From: Octopus vulgaris
Lineage: Eukaryota
Direction: 5' to 3'
NCBI GenBank assembly: GCA_951406725.2
Contig: OX597821.1
Location: 93,992,001 to 94,056,000, forward strand
Length of the DNA stretch: 64,000 nucleotides
A program made the position numbers and the translations under genes. Numbering within the stretch: position 1 is the first letter of the stretch; each line of letters starts with the position of its first letter. The notes beneath the pieces were generated by a model. It did not search any database. It worked only from the letters and a program-made list of their open reading frames with translations, and was not told the origin of the DNA. Positions 51,618-63,473 of this stretch are shown in pieces.

Positions 51618-52190
51618 TAGAAAAAAACACCTTTTATCAATTCAAAAGGAATAATTAAATTACACCATCTAGAAAATTACATATAATAGAAAAGTTTAAA
51701 TTAAAATAACAATAAAATGAAGATTAAGTAAATTGCAACAATAATAATAAAAATGTATATAATAGGTAGAAAAACGACACGTGTTTCGCTGCTATATTTA
51801 AGAAATGATTATAGTAGTAGAGAAATCACTTCCATATAAATATAGTCGCTCATCAGGTTAAAAATAAAATAGAACAATAAAATAATTAATTAATAAATAT
51901 ACTTTAATATATATATATGTATATGAAAATCCTAAATATACATAAGTGAAAAATAAAATAATACTTCAATAATTAAAGAATTAAAAAAAATACACAAAGT
52001 TATTACAAGTCATTAAATTGTAATCAAAATAAGAAATGTTTCAAATATCGACAAACTCCTTAAGTAAGCTAACCATATAATAAATATACATGTGTAGTAT
52101 CTATAGATTTAATATAACAATCTATAACAAAATTGACTAAATATCAAATAATATAATACCTAATTAACTTAAATTTAGTATTACAAATAC
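51610..52190 (-). mobile_element. probable Penelope-like element terminal-repeat relic
   Basis: AT-rich block next to a (TA)n tract carrying a minimal hammerhead, an arrangement typical of PLE pLTRs. Boundaries approximate. Confidence 0.4.
51773..51859 (-). ncRNA. type I minimal hammerhead ribozyme with intact core, in a Penelope-like relic
   Basis: Minus strand reads AAC-CTGATGA-[GC..CTATATTTA...TAAATATAG..GC stem II]-GAAAC-ACGT-GTC-GTT. All core nucleotides present, palindromic stem III. Confidence 0.8.
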
Positions 52191-52663
52191 ATATATACAT
52201 ACATATAGATAGATAGATAGATACTTATATATAGATATGTGCCTGTATATATATTTATTAATTACTTGCACTGTAGAAAAGGTTTTCAGCTGTCAGCCTT
52301 GTACTATAATATAAATGAATCCATATATATAGATTTCTTTATAACCATAGATGTTATACTCATGATCATTGTGTCTTTTACTGAGACTCAGTACATCTAA
52401 TGGGCCCTTTCTGTTTTAAGCATATATAAGTTGTGATTTGGTGGAAGTTTGGCTGTTATTTCTAGCAGACCGATTTATTACATAGGAGCACCCTTTGTTG
52501 ATTTTTTTTTTTTTTTTTTGTATCTATCTGGTTCTTGAAGCTAAGTTGTAATGTTCATCAGGAATCTTGGAAAACTGCATTTAGCCATTCATTCTTTAAT
52601 CTCCATCATTTACCAGATCTTTTCATTAAATTCTCTTGCCTATTTTCCTATTTTCTTCTACAG

Positions 52664-52780
52664 CGAAAGAACAATGCAGAAGCTGCCCATTGTCTCATTC
52701 ATGCTGCGGGTTTGGTGGCAGAGTACCTCAATATGTTGGAAGACAGGCCTCACCTGCCGGTGGGCTGTGTCGACTTTCAG
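52664..52780 (+). CDS. DOCK7: DOCK7-like exon (DHR-2)
   Basis: ttctacag|CGA...CAG|gtcagt. Encodes [39 protein letters not shown]. Confidence 0.96.
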
Positions 52781-52805
52781 GTCAGTAGTTTCAGTTTACT
52801 ACTAT

Positions 52806-52838
<33 letters not shown>

Positions 52839-53319
52839 CAACACGAACACCATCATCATCATCGTCATCATCATCCATGTTATCAGTTCTTCATTATTGG
52901 ATCTGTGAAATATAGCCACATTTCTACATTTAATGAGTAGGTTGTTGTCTAGTATCAGATCAGCGCTGAATTAGCAAACTTATTATCAAAAACATTCCAG
53001 TCATGACCTTCATGCCATATTGAAATTATCTTGGACTACATAATCTAATGTGTCCTTTCATTTTTTGAAGACAGTAAGGCCTGATTTGAGGGAGATTTGG
53101 CTACTGTTTCTAACATAACAAGTAACCAGTATGTAGAGACTCATTCATTGGTTCATTGCCAGGTACGTAATATTCATAGGCAACAACTAGTTCTTCCTTA
53201 CGACCAAACTATAGCTAAGAGTTCAGTTATTGCCACTTTCAGATCACACTGGTAAAATAAGAGGATATTGCTAGTATCCAGTGATATGACCCTTTCTGCC
53301 CAATATTAACTACACTGAG

Positions 53320-53532
53320 GGCAGTGAGCTGGCAGAATCATTTGCATGCCAGGCAAAATACTTAGTGACATTTCATCCATCTTTATTTTCTGAGTTCAAA
53401 TTCTGCCAAGGTTAACTTTGCCTTTCATCGTTTCGGGGTCAACGAAATATGTACCAGTTGAGCAATGGAGTCAAGGTAATCGACTTACCTCCACCCCCGA
53501 AATTGCTGGCCTTGTACCAGAATTTGAGAACC
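53320..53532 (+). mobile_element. short SINE family C
   Basis: Target-site duplication atatta(a/g)ctacactg. More copies at ~678, 12010, 12697, 15104, 20278, 26430, 35858, 36058, 44368, 45510. Confidence 0.8.
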
Positions 53533-53662
53533 ATATTAGCTACACTGCTGCAGAAGTATGTTCACAATTTAACTGGACTTATAGAGACCCTGTGTTATTC
53601 TCACTCACCTATAAATGGTTAGGAGAGTGTTTTAAAAGAAATGTCCTCAGCTCCTTTTTGGG

Positions 53663-53910
53663 TCTATCTATCTATCCGCTCAGTCGAAGTCGACTCTCGG
53701 TTACTCATTGGATCAGTGTCCTCCAGTCAGTTCTATCCTGGGCCGCTTCTTTCAGACTAGCTATGTCCATTCCGGTATCATTCTTGATGGTGTCAAACCA
53801 GCGGGTTCTTGATTGGCCTCTTCTTCTCTTGCCACTGACCATTCTGAGCATGATGTCCTTCTCCAGGGATTTTCTCCGCATAATATGACCGAAATATGCC
53901 AATCTATGCT
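53663..53910 (-). mobile_element. RTE/BovB-like LINE 3' fragment
   Basis: YFGHIMRRKSLEKDIML..SGKRRRGQSRTRW..IK..AQDRTDWR; (TAGA)n tail. Confidence 0.8.
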
Positions 53911-54251
53911 TGGTGACCTTTTTGGGTACAATATAGTTATCACAGATATGTATGGTTGTAAACTACTAGTTTGTTGAAACACCACTGAAGGATCAGTGCA
54001 CCAGTAATATACTGAAGTTCCATCATTTATTTATGATATTTCTCGTGTGTAATTAAAAGGAAATCTTCATTTAGATGAGTCACAGACAAAATGCAGCCCA
54101 CAGGCCTTACTGAATGGCATGCTTTATTTCACATGGTAATAACGTTTATTAATATTCTTTAGAAGTGTGGCCTGCCTGATGAAGAGTCATGTCTCACTTG
54201 ACCCACTTCTCAAAAAAGATTTCCCATGTCTGATTTAGTTCCTAACTTTAA

Positions 54252-54471
54252 CCCTTTAGTGTATAAACCGGACATATCCGGCCAAAATATTCTACCTATT
54301 TTATGCTCAAACTAGTCAGATATGGTCATTCATAGCTATCTTATTGTGTCATTTTAAAAATAAACAATCACATCATTGAAATCTCAAAGCCATGAAATGA
54401 TGCAAGATTAATTTTACATGGTGTGAATACATAAGCTTTACATTTGACAGAATAATCTGAATGCTAAAGGG
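54252..54471. mobile_element. piggyBac-like MITE, family 2
   Basis: TTAA|CCCTTTAG...CTAAAGGG|TTAA; inverted relative to 54778-54998. Confidence 0.8.
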
Positions 54472-54777
54472 TTAAGTATGTTCCATCTCTTGTTGCAAGA
54501 GGCAAATTATGTGACCTGTGTGTGAGTAATGTGCTTGCTGTCTTGCAATGAAATATGAATAGAGAATACGGATGGTTTAGAGGGATTGGAGAGAAATGTT
54601 GAGTGAGGTTAAGTGAATTTGAATTGCTAACTTATGGGAAAAGTGGAATGTAGACCCATTGAGAAAATGGCTGAGTACCAAAAGTATTGGAAAATTTATG
54701 CAAGAAATATAACTTGTCTTAGTTGCCTGTGATAATTTCATTCATATCCAGAATATTTCATACGAATATTAAATTAA

Positions 54778-54998
54778 CCCTTTAGTGTTCGCATTATTCT
54801 GCCAAAATTAATGCTTCTTCATCTACATTGTTTTGAACTAATCATGCATTATCTTGTAGCGATGAGATTTTGATGAGGTAGCTGTTAATTTTTAGGATGA
54901 TATTGTAGGGTTGGTGTGAGAGACCAGATCTGGCCAGTTTGAACATAAAACAGGCAAAATACTTTTGGCCAGATGTGGCCGGTTTAAATGCTAAAGGG
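54778..54998. mobile_element. piggyBac-like MITE, family 2
   Basis: TTAA|CCCTTTAG...CTAAAGGG|TTAA. Confidence 0.8.
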
Positions 54999-55396
54999 TT
55001 AAACTCCAGTACTTGACTGACACTTTATTTTATTGTCAACTGCTCTTGATGATCAGAAAGCAAATTAATACCCTCAGCAGAATTTGAACTCAAAATGTAA
55101 AGGGACATGATTAAATACCACTGACATTTTGTCTGCTATTCAAATAATTTTGCTAATCCATGAGAATTGATGTAAGTTGCTAGGGGAAGAAATATTTCAT
55201 TAGTAGTAGCACTAACGGTACCTAGAGTGGACGCTTGTATCAGAGGCATTAGGAGAAATTGGATTTGAGAACACTGGACATTGTAGATAAGATCACAACA
55301 GAAATGAAATGTGTGGGAAGATGCTTCGTTAAACTCATCCTACTCATAAGTTTAAACTGACATCTTTTTACACTTTTTTCTTCTAAATTCTCACAG

Positions 55397-55540
55397 AAAA
55401 TTTCTTCCAATGTTCTTGAAGAAAGTGCAGTATCTGATGATGTTGTTTCACCTGAAGAAGAAGGTATTTGTACTGGCAAATATTTTTCAGAGAGTGGCCT
55501 TATTGGTCTTTTGGAACAGGCCTGTGGTTCCTTTTCAATG
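55397..55540 (+). CDS. DOCK7: DOCK7-like exon (DHR-2)
   Basis: tctcacag|AAA...ATG|gtgagt. Encodes [48 protein letters not shown]. Confidence 0.97.
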
Positions 55541-56794
55541 GTGAGTATATCAGCTTTTGTTATCATTATATATATATATATAATACTCTCCTTGTGCATA
55601 TCCTCTTGTTGTCTGTTATTGTTTATTCATTTGAAGTAACCATTTATATATATATATATATATGTTGTTTTTGTTTGTTCCTTCTCGAACCATGCCTGGC
55701 TCGTAAGGGCCAGTTTCCTGGTTTCATTGGCATATAGGTTCCCCACCTGGATGGGATGCCATATATATATATATATGTCCATTCTTTATCAGTGGTGGTC
55801 CAGTCCTACTAGGCATCATAAGTTTGAAATGTGTCAAATTTTGTTGCTTTCATTATATTTTTGCCATTTTAACCACCCTGCATTTCTCATAATTTTTCAT
55901 CCTTTGTCTCTCTCTCTTTCTTCTCACTCTCTCCTCTCTCATTTTCCTTTCTCTCTTCTCTCACTCTACCTTCTCATTTTTCTTTCCCTCTTCTCTCATT
56001 TCTCATTTCTCTCTCTCTCTCTCATGTATTAATGTGTGTGTCTTATCTCTTATCTTCTCTATATATGTTTCCTCCTTCACTGTCTTACTCACATACACAG
56101 TCTTTCACTTGGTCTCCCTCATTTTCCCCTCCTATCTTATGTCAAGTGTTTAACTTAACAAAGCCAAACATGTACCATGTGACTAATTCTGTTCACTTAT
56201 CTAAAACCCGTAGCACTTAATTTGTCTTCAACTTTTATTTACTTGACATTGTGTTTGGCAGGATTTATAGCTTTAGACTCATAAAACTATTTTCTTTCAT
56301 TGACACCCACCCATTTTAATAGTGGTTTTATAGCTGATTGAATAGAACCAGTATAGGACTGGTATTTTATTTAATGACTTCAGAAAGATAAGAAATAAAT
56401 TCAGACTTTTCCAGCATTGTATATCAGAATATAGGGACCTAGGTCCTCTACTGTTTCCAGCACCCTACTATCCCTTCTGTCTTTACAATAGTAACAATCT
56501 AGTCAGCCTCGACAATTGAGAAATTTTTGTATCTCATCTGGCCTTAATGAGACATGATTCATATTAATTATTTAAGAGCTTACTGCAAAAACTTTTGAAG
56601 AAAGTTTGATTGTTCTAGAGTACGGTATTGGGGCACGGCTGTTTGGGGTATTTTGTCTAAGTATTTTATAAGTACTTATTTTGTCTGAGGGATGTCTAGG
56701 GTTTCATTGCAATGGTTGAAACTAGTAAAAGAAAGATTTTTTTCCTCCATTTTTTTTTTAGTTAAAGAAATCAGTTTTCCTTTTTATTTTTCAG

Positions 56795-56926
56795 TGTGGC
56801 ATGTATGAAGCTGTGAACGAAGTATATAAAATTTTGATTCCAATACATGAAGCAAACAGGGATTATAAAAGGTTGGCGCACATCCATAATAAACTACACG
56901 AAGCTTTCACAAACACCATCAAAATG
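56795..56926 (+). CDS. DOCK7: DOCK7-like exon (DHR-2)
   Basis: tttttcag|TGT...ATG|gtaaga. Encodes [44 protein letters not shown]. Confidence 0.96.
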
Positions 56927-57374
56927 GTAAGATATTTTCAACATTGTTTTTAGCCTACACTTGTAGCAAATAAACTCAGATTTCCATACCTAGTTTGTGG
57001 TTCATAATTTTGATGCTTCAGTCTATTTGATTAACAAATGGATTTCACTCAGACACCATTGTTGAAGTTTTGTGATGGCACTGATATTTCAGTAGTAATG
57101 ATATAAAGTTTGTACAATCTATATGGTTCATTGTATTCTGTATGTAAACTAAATATTTTGGCTGCTGCTATTGTTGTCATTGAAGATATCACCTCACATT
57201 GATAAAGCAGATTTCAGCAGATGTTGAGATAGACATTCATTAGAGTAGCTTTTCTGTTGCCTACCCTTAGGGCCAACCAAGCTACTGAAATTCAGCACTA
57301 TATGCTAACTGGCATCATTATAATGTCTATTTTATTTTGGTGGTTAGGTGTAAAGTTGCCATATTGTCATTTAG

Positions 57375-57785
57375 GCCCTGATCAAGCAGGCCTCCGTGCC
57401 GATGGCACATTAAAAACACCATTCGAGCGTGATGGTTACCTGTGTTGCCTTACTAGCACTTGTGCTGGTGGCACGTGAAAAAGCATTCGAGCAAGGTCGT
57501 TGCCAGTGCTGCTGGACTGGCTCCTGTGCAGGTAGCACATAAAACGCACCATTTGAGCATGGCCGTTGCTAGTACCGCCTGACTGGCCCTCGTGCCAGTG
57601 GCACGTAAAAGCACCCACTACACTCTCGGAGTGGTTGGCGTTAGGAAGGGCATCAAGTTGTAGAAACTCTGCCAGATCAGAATGGAGTTTGGTGCAGGCA
57701 TCTGGTTCGCCAGACTTCAGTCAAATCGTCCAACCCATGCTAGCATGGAAAGTGGACGTTAAACGATGATGAAGATGATGATGAT
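57375..57785 (+). mobile_element. family D retroelement, opposite orientation
   Basis: GGTTGGCGTTAGGAAGGGCATC...GGACGTTAAACGATGATG; reverse complement of the other family D copies. Confidence 0.8.
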
Positions 57786-57791
57786 ATATAT

Positions 57792-57848
<57 letters not shown>

Positions 57849-57889
57849 AAAAGGAGATTTGGAACACGAGTTGTGATATATAAAAAAGG

Positions 57890-58174
57890 AAATGAAGAAA
57901 ATGCTGACAAAATAATTTAAGTAATTTAATTAGGTGAAAGTTCTTTTTACCGGTTGCACATTTGTTATGCTTATCAAAAGATATTTTTTAAGAGAGATAG
58001 AGTTCCTTTCTGATAGATTTTTTTCCTCTTATCGGATAAGAGGAAAAAATCTATCAGAAAGGAACTCTATCTCTCTTAAAAAAATATCTTTTGATAAGCA
58101 TAACAAATGCGCAACCGGTAAAAAGAACTTTCACCTAATTAAATTACTTAAATTATTTTGTCAGCATTTTCTTC

Positions 58175-58178
<4 letters not shown>
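57890..58178. repeat. 289-bp near-perfect palindrome (foldback)
   Basis: Arms of ~144 bp around a centre at 58034; one substitution and two single-base homopolymer indels; flanked by (TA)n. Confidence 0.95.
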
Positions 58179-58215
<37 letters not shown>

Positions 58216-58483
58216 TACATTAATATATATATACATACATACATACATACATATATATATACATATATATGTGTGTGTGTGTATGTATGTATTATTGTCA
58301 TCATCATTTAATGTTCTCTTGTCCATGCTGGCATATATATAAACAGTACTTGATCAGAAATTGTGTTGTGGCTAACACACACATAGCTGTTGTATTCACT
58401 TCTTATTATTTAGTAATCATATGTATTATCATATATCAGAGACCTTTGCCATTCATCTACAACTGTTCGCTAATACTTCACCA

Positions 58484-58823
58484 TGGGTAAAGACCCCCTT
58501 CGGTCATGAATGACCATGGGATTGCACCTAGAAAGTTACCCTCCTAGACACAAGTCTGGGCAAGGTTGTTTATGGAAGACCAGCAGTCGCCCATGCATAC
58601 CAGCCTCCCCTCTCCACACCACCAGTGTTATCCAAGGGAAAGACAAAGGTCGATACAGCTTGGCACCAGTGACGTCGCAACTCATTTCTACAGCTGAGTG
58701 AACTGGAGCAACGTGAAATAAAGTGCCTTGCTCAAGAACACAACACGCAGCCCGGTCCGGGATTCGAGCTCACAACCTCACGATCGTAAGCTCGACGCTC
58801 TAACCACTGAGCCATGCGCCTTC
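58484..58823 (-). mobile_element. tRNA-derived SINE (family-B core, alternative tail)
   Basis: Reverse complement starts GGCGCATGGCTCAGTGGTTAGAGCG...GAGCTCGAATCCC. A split copy at 11440-11990 is interrupted by a family D element. Confidence 0.7.
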
Positions 58824-59267
58824 ACCATGATACAATATAATATTGGCGTAGTTTAAATGATGATGATGATGATGATGATGATGATTCTGTTAGTTATGGT
58901 CATGAGGGTTCCAGTTGATATGATCAATGGAACTGCGTGCCTATGGAATTAACATGCAAGTGGCTGAGTACTCCACAGACACACGTACCCCTAACATAGT
59001 TCTCAGGGAAATTCAGCATGACAGAATGTGACAAGGCTGACCCTTTGGGAATACAGGTACAAATTCATTTGTGCCAGCTGGGTGGACTGGAGCAAAATGA
59101 AATATAGTGTCTTATGCAAAAACATAATGTGCCACTGGGAGTTGAACTCATGACCTTACGATTATGAACTGAATACCCTAACCATTATGTCATGCACCTT
59201 CATCAGTGTAGTTACTATATGATGAAAGACTGATAACCTAATAATAATATATTATTATTATAAAATA

Positions 59268-59680
59268 GTCACCTTGATTACCTTGACTGACCAGTCCGTC
59301 GGGCGTCCATTTGACACTGCTGGTCACAGCACGCTGTCCACTCTTCTCTGGATCGCGCCTTTCTCATCCACGTAATCTCAATCGCCCTCCTGAAATCGTA
59401 ACTCCACCATCGTGGAGGCCTTCCGGGTGGTCATTTCCGCTCGCGCAAGTACCACTTGACAACTGCACGGGTCCACCGATTATTGGTGAGCCAGGCAACG
59501 TGTCCAGCCCATCTAAACTTGCTGCGTGTATATTTTACGATGACATCCCTCACGCCAGACTTCTCTCTGATGACCTCGCTACTGATGTGTTCTCCCGACG
59601 AGATTCCAATCGTTGACCTCTCCATGGCTCTTTGAGCTGTTACTAATCTCTGTTCTTCTCTCTTTGCTGTAGCCCACATT
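59268..59680 (-). mobile_element. RTE-clade LINE 3' fragment
   Basis: AQRAMERSTIGIS...IREKSGVRDV...KFRWAGHVA. Confidence 0.8.
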
Positions 59681-59896
59681 TATAGTAATTAAGTTAAAGT
59701 GAATGTAGTTGTGTGTACATTTTCTAATGCTTACAATGGCTCTACCATGATGTAATTGTGTATGATTTTATGTATGAACAAAATATAATCAACAGATGTA
59801 GTAGGATTTATTAAGTTATATAAAACTGAGACTTTATTTTATAACTACTCTGTGTGTTCTGATCCTCTCTTTTTATGAATATATTGCTATTTTCAG

Positions 59897-60031
59897 GAAG
59901 GAAAACGAGTTTTTGGAACTTATTTCCGAGTTGGTTTCTATGGTCATAAATTTGGAGACCTTGATGGAGAAGAATTTATATACAAGGAACCAGCCATTAC
60001 AAAATTACCAGAAATTTCTCATCGACTTGAA
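59897..60031 (+). CDS. DOCK7: DOCK7-like exon (DHR-2)
   Basis: attttcag|GAA...GAA|gtatgt. Encodes [45 protein letters not shown]. Confidence 0.97.
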
Positions 60032-60227
60032 GTATGTTTTTCCTTTATTGCATTAAGATATTGTTGTTGTTATATTCCTTTTGTAACAGATTCAGTTAGG
60101 TTGTTTTGTTAAAGGAGGCAGGATGACAAAATAAAATACTCCAAACAAAAAGCAAATCTCTGGGGTTTTTTTTTTTTCTTATGAGGTTTATCAGGAGAAA
60201 GGGGCAATGAACATGACCTGACTGATC

Positions 60228-60635
60228 TTAGTTAAGTTAAGTTAAGTTAATTTTTTGGCTCAAAAAGCAAAAAGCAAGGCCATGTAGGGGGACATGGAGT
60301 TATGTACAGGGTGGTGTTCATGCAAAGAGTTCAGGCCATTTGTGGTCAAGGGAGACTTTGAACCGAGTGGTCGTCGGCATCTTCACTATCTCGTCCGGCA
60401 GCTTATTCCACAGATTCACAACCCGGACGGAGAAAGCCCCTCTCCTTCGATTGAGATGAAATCATTGCAGATAGAGTTTTTCGGAGTGACCCCGCAGCCG
60501 ACGTTCTGGAGCAGGAGTGAAGAACAGCTCTTTCGAGAGGTTACACTTTCCGCTTATGATGTTGTGAGCAAGAATGAGATCACCACGGCGGCTGCGTTTT
60601 TCTAGAGAATAAAGGTCGAGCGTCTTCAGCCTTTT
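60228..60635 (-). mobile_element. CR1-group LINE 3' end
   Basis: RLKTLDLYSLEKRSRRGDLILAHNII...RLRGHSEKL with a short-repeat tail; inverted copy of 63474-63974. Confidence 0.85.
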
Positions 60636-61003
60636 CAGCTTGAATGGCTGCAAAGCTTGAACATGGCAATCAGGACATATGTTGGGAGTTTGTTGATTTA
60701 GTTGACTCTGGACCAAAATCTGGAGTGTAATTGATCAAGAGTGAACATTGATTTTTTTTTCATAGGCATTCTTTGTTCTAATTGATTATGAGTTAGTGTA
60801 GCAGTGGATAGTCACCTAATAATATTTGAGGCTAGAGGCTTTCCACCATATCCTTAACCTCCAAACTGTGAAATTTTTTTCATGGTTTTTCCTTTGTTGG
60901 CCAGTGATTTTTGTTGAAGGTTTGTTGTTTCTTTGTTGAATATGTTGAGTCATTCTTCTACAATGGCAAATAAATTCCTGATGTTCTAGACAGGAAGGTT
61001 TAA

Positions 61004-61222
61004 CCCTTTAGTGTTCAGATTATTCTATCAAACATAATGCTTATTGATTCCCATTGATTTGAATTAATCATGCATTATCTCATATCTTCAAGATCTTGAT
61101 GGTGTAATTACTTAATGTAGAATAACATTGTAGGGTAGGTGTGAGAGCCTGGACCTGGTCTGTTTGAACATAAAACAGATTAACTATTTTGGCCAGATAT
61201 GGCCGGTTTAAATACTAAAGGG
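61004..61222. mobile_element. piggyBac-like MITE, family 2
   Basis: TTAA|CCCTTTAGT...ACTAAAGGG|TTAA; degraded relatives near 19174-19370 and 23170-23405. Confidence 0.8.
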
Positions 61223-62290
61223 TTAAATATAGTGAGCAGTGCAGGATCTGAATCTCTCACTAACCTCTATAAACATCAGCTGGGTCAGCTGGAATTGGAT
61301 GGAAGTAGTATAAAAGTAGCTAGTTGAGAGGAGCACAGGCTATTGTAGTAATATAAGAAAATATATCTGAAGCAAAGAACTCCTTCATGCACTGCCAACA
61401 AATTCTCCTTCCTTCTAGCTATGGTAATCATGATTGTTGTCAAATCAGAGAATAGATCCTTCATCATTTGTATCCACCTCTTTTCAGGGTAGATTAATTT
61501 ATTCAATGTTATGAACACTTTTAATTGGCTTTATGGTGATACAGACCTGCACTTCCTTTAAACTTGAAGAAAACTAGTGTTTGTCTTTATCATCAAAATT
61601 CTGCATTTTTAAAATGACTATTTTCACTTGTATACAAAGTAATGTAGTGTAAGCAAAATTTAATGTGTGTGTGTGTATGTGCATATATTGACACAAAAGA
61701 TAGCTATCCACATTAGTTGTTTTGATGTATGTTGTTTAAATTTTTAATTTCTTATTATTCCAAAATCAAATTTGGCTTGACTGAAGTTTACCTTCCATTC
61801 CTTTAGAATCTGTAAAATTAGTACTACTGATTATGTCTGGGGAGAGTCATTTTCTTTTTGTGCTTTATAATTTAACACGCTCACTGGTAAAATTTCCACT
61901 TATTTCTTATTTTTATTTTTATTTTCTTATGGAAAATAAATTTACTGATGGAAATTTTCCTATGGAAAATAAATTTACTGGTGGAAATTTTACTGGTGAG
62001 TGTGTTCAATTATAAAGCACAAAAAGAAAATGACTCTCCCCAGACACAACAGAATATGCTTCAACACACAAACTCATATAAAGAATCTTGCAAAGCAAAT
62101 CCAAAAATGAAATATAGTTCTACTGATAAATAAGAGAAGATTCCATCTATTATATCTTTTATATTTCACAATTGAACAAAGACAAACATCATAAAATAGA
62201 TATCTGTCTGTTGCAATAAATCATTATTATTATGTTTATGATGTATTTTCTTTATTTAACTAATTCTCCAATTCTTCTCTGTATTGTCAG

Positions 62291-62380
62291 TCATTTTATG
62301 AAGATCGCTTTGATGTTGGAAATGTTGTTATGGTGAAAGATTCAAACACTGTAGAACGACAAAAGCAAGATCCCGAAAAG
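62291..62380 (+). CDS. DOCK7: DOCK7-like exon (DHR-2); gene continues past the window end
   Basis: attgtcag|TCA...AAG|gtaagt. Encodes SFYEDRFDVGNVVMVKDSNTVERQKQDPEK (cf. [30 protein letters not shown]). Confidence 0.94.
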
Positions 62381-62617
62381 GTAAGTCTTTCAGTTTAGCA
62401 ATAAAAAAGATGAATGAAAATACCACACTCATTGCAGCAACTCATTTGTTTGTCATCATTAGAGTGTGCTAAGCAAAGTCTAATCAACCTAGTTGAGAAC
62501 ATACCTGAACGTAGAGGTACTGGGTTCAAGTGTAATGGTTTCAACTACTAGTAATCGAAACTAGTTGGGATTTCAGAAATTGTTGTATGGATAAGGTGTC
62601 AAACTGACTTATTATGC

Positions 62618-62990
62618 ATTCATCATTATCATCATCGTTTAACATCCGTTTTCCATGCTAGCATGAGTTGGACGGTTCGACCGGGGTCTGGGAAGCCAGG
62701 AGGCTGTACCAACTCCAGTCTGATCTGGCAGTGTTTCTACAGCTGAATGCCTTTCCTAACGCCAACCACTCCGTGAGTGTAGTGGGTGCCTTTTACGTGC
62801 CACTGGCACAGGGGCCAGAGGAGGCTGGCAACGGCCACGATTGGTTGGTGCTTTTTAAGTGCCACTGGCACGGAAGCCAGTCAAGGTGGCACTGGCATTG
62901 GCCACGTTTGGATGGTGCTTTTTACGTGCCACTGGCACAGGCATCACAACTACAATTTCCGTTTGATTTTTATTTTGATGTTGATGTACT
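62618..62990 (-). mobile_element. family D retroelement
   Basis: Same tail and internal repeats as 31998-32348. Confidence 0.8.
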
Positions 62991-63473
62991 AGACTCAATA
63001 GGTCTCAAGCACAGCAGGTCACCCTGTGATCCAAGGTAAGCACAGCTGGTCGTTCTACAATCCAAGGTACTTTGAATGGGCTGGGGCTGGTTATGTGAAG
63101 CTAGTGTAGGATACGCTGTGGACTCACTTTATTTATCAGGTCTTCGCAGTCACAGCATATCTCCAGAGGTCTCTGTCTTTCGTCATTGCTTCTGTGAGGC
63201 CCAACGTTCGAAGGTCATACTTGACCACCTCACTCCTCTCTTTATCTAGGTGTCAATAAGAATAGCTATCAATTCATATAGAAATGTTACCTGAGGTAGA
63301 CCTGATCCTGAAATAGATTTATCTCTCAACAGTGTAATGCTATGAAAATTGAACAAAATACTGACCTCCAAACGGAAGACATTTTTATCATTCTATATAC
63401 ATGGCTGTGTTGTTAAGAAGTTTGCTTCCTATTTGAATAGTTTTAGGTTCACCCCTGCTATGTAGTACGGGAT

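Noticed and set aside
54176-54220. CTGATGA followed by a hairpin
   Set aside because: No GAAA after the stem, so not a hammerhead.
61881-61999. Short inverted arms with an internal ~33-bp tandem duplication
   Set aside because: Small imperfect foldback with no target-site duplication and no second copy in the window.
169-63039. Most entries of the six-frame ORF track (poly-IY, poly-L, SLSL peptides, and SINE-derived ORFs such as MDGSTGVWEARR...)
   Set aside because: They are translations of microsatellites, low-complexity DNA or repeated non-coding elements; many use non-ATG starts that are irrelevant in a eukaryote.
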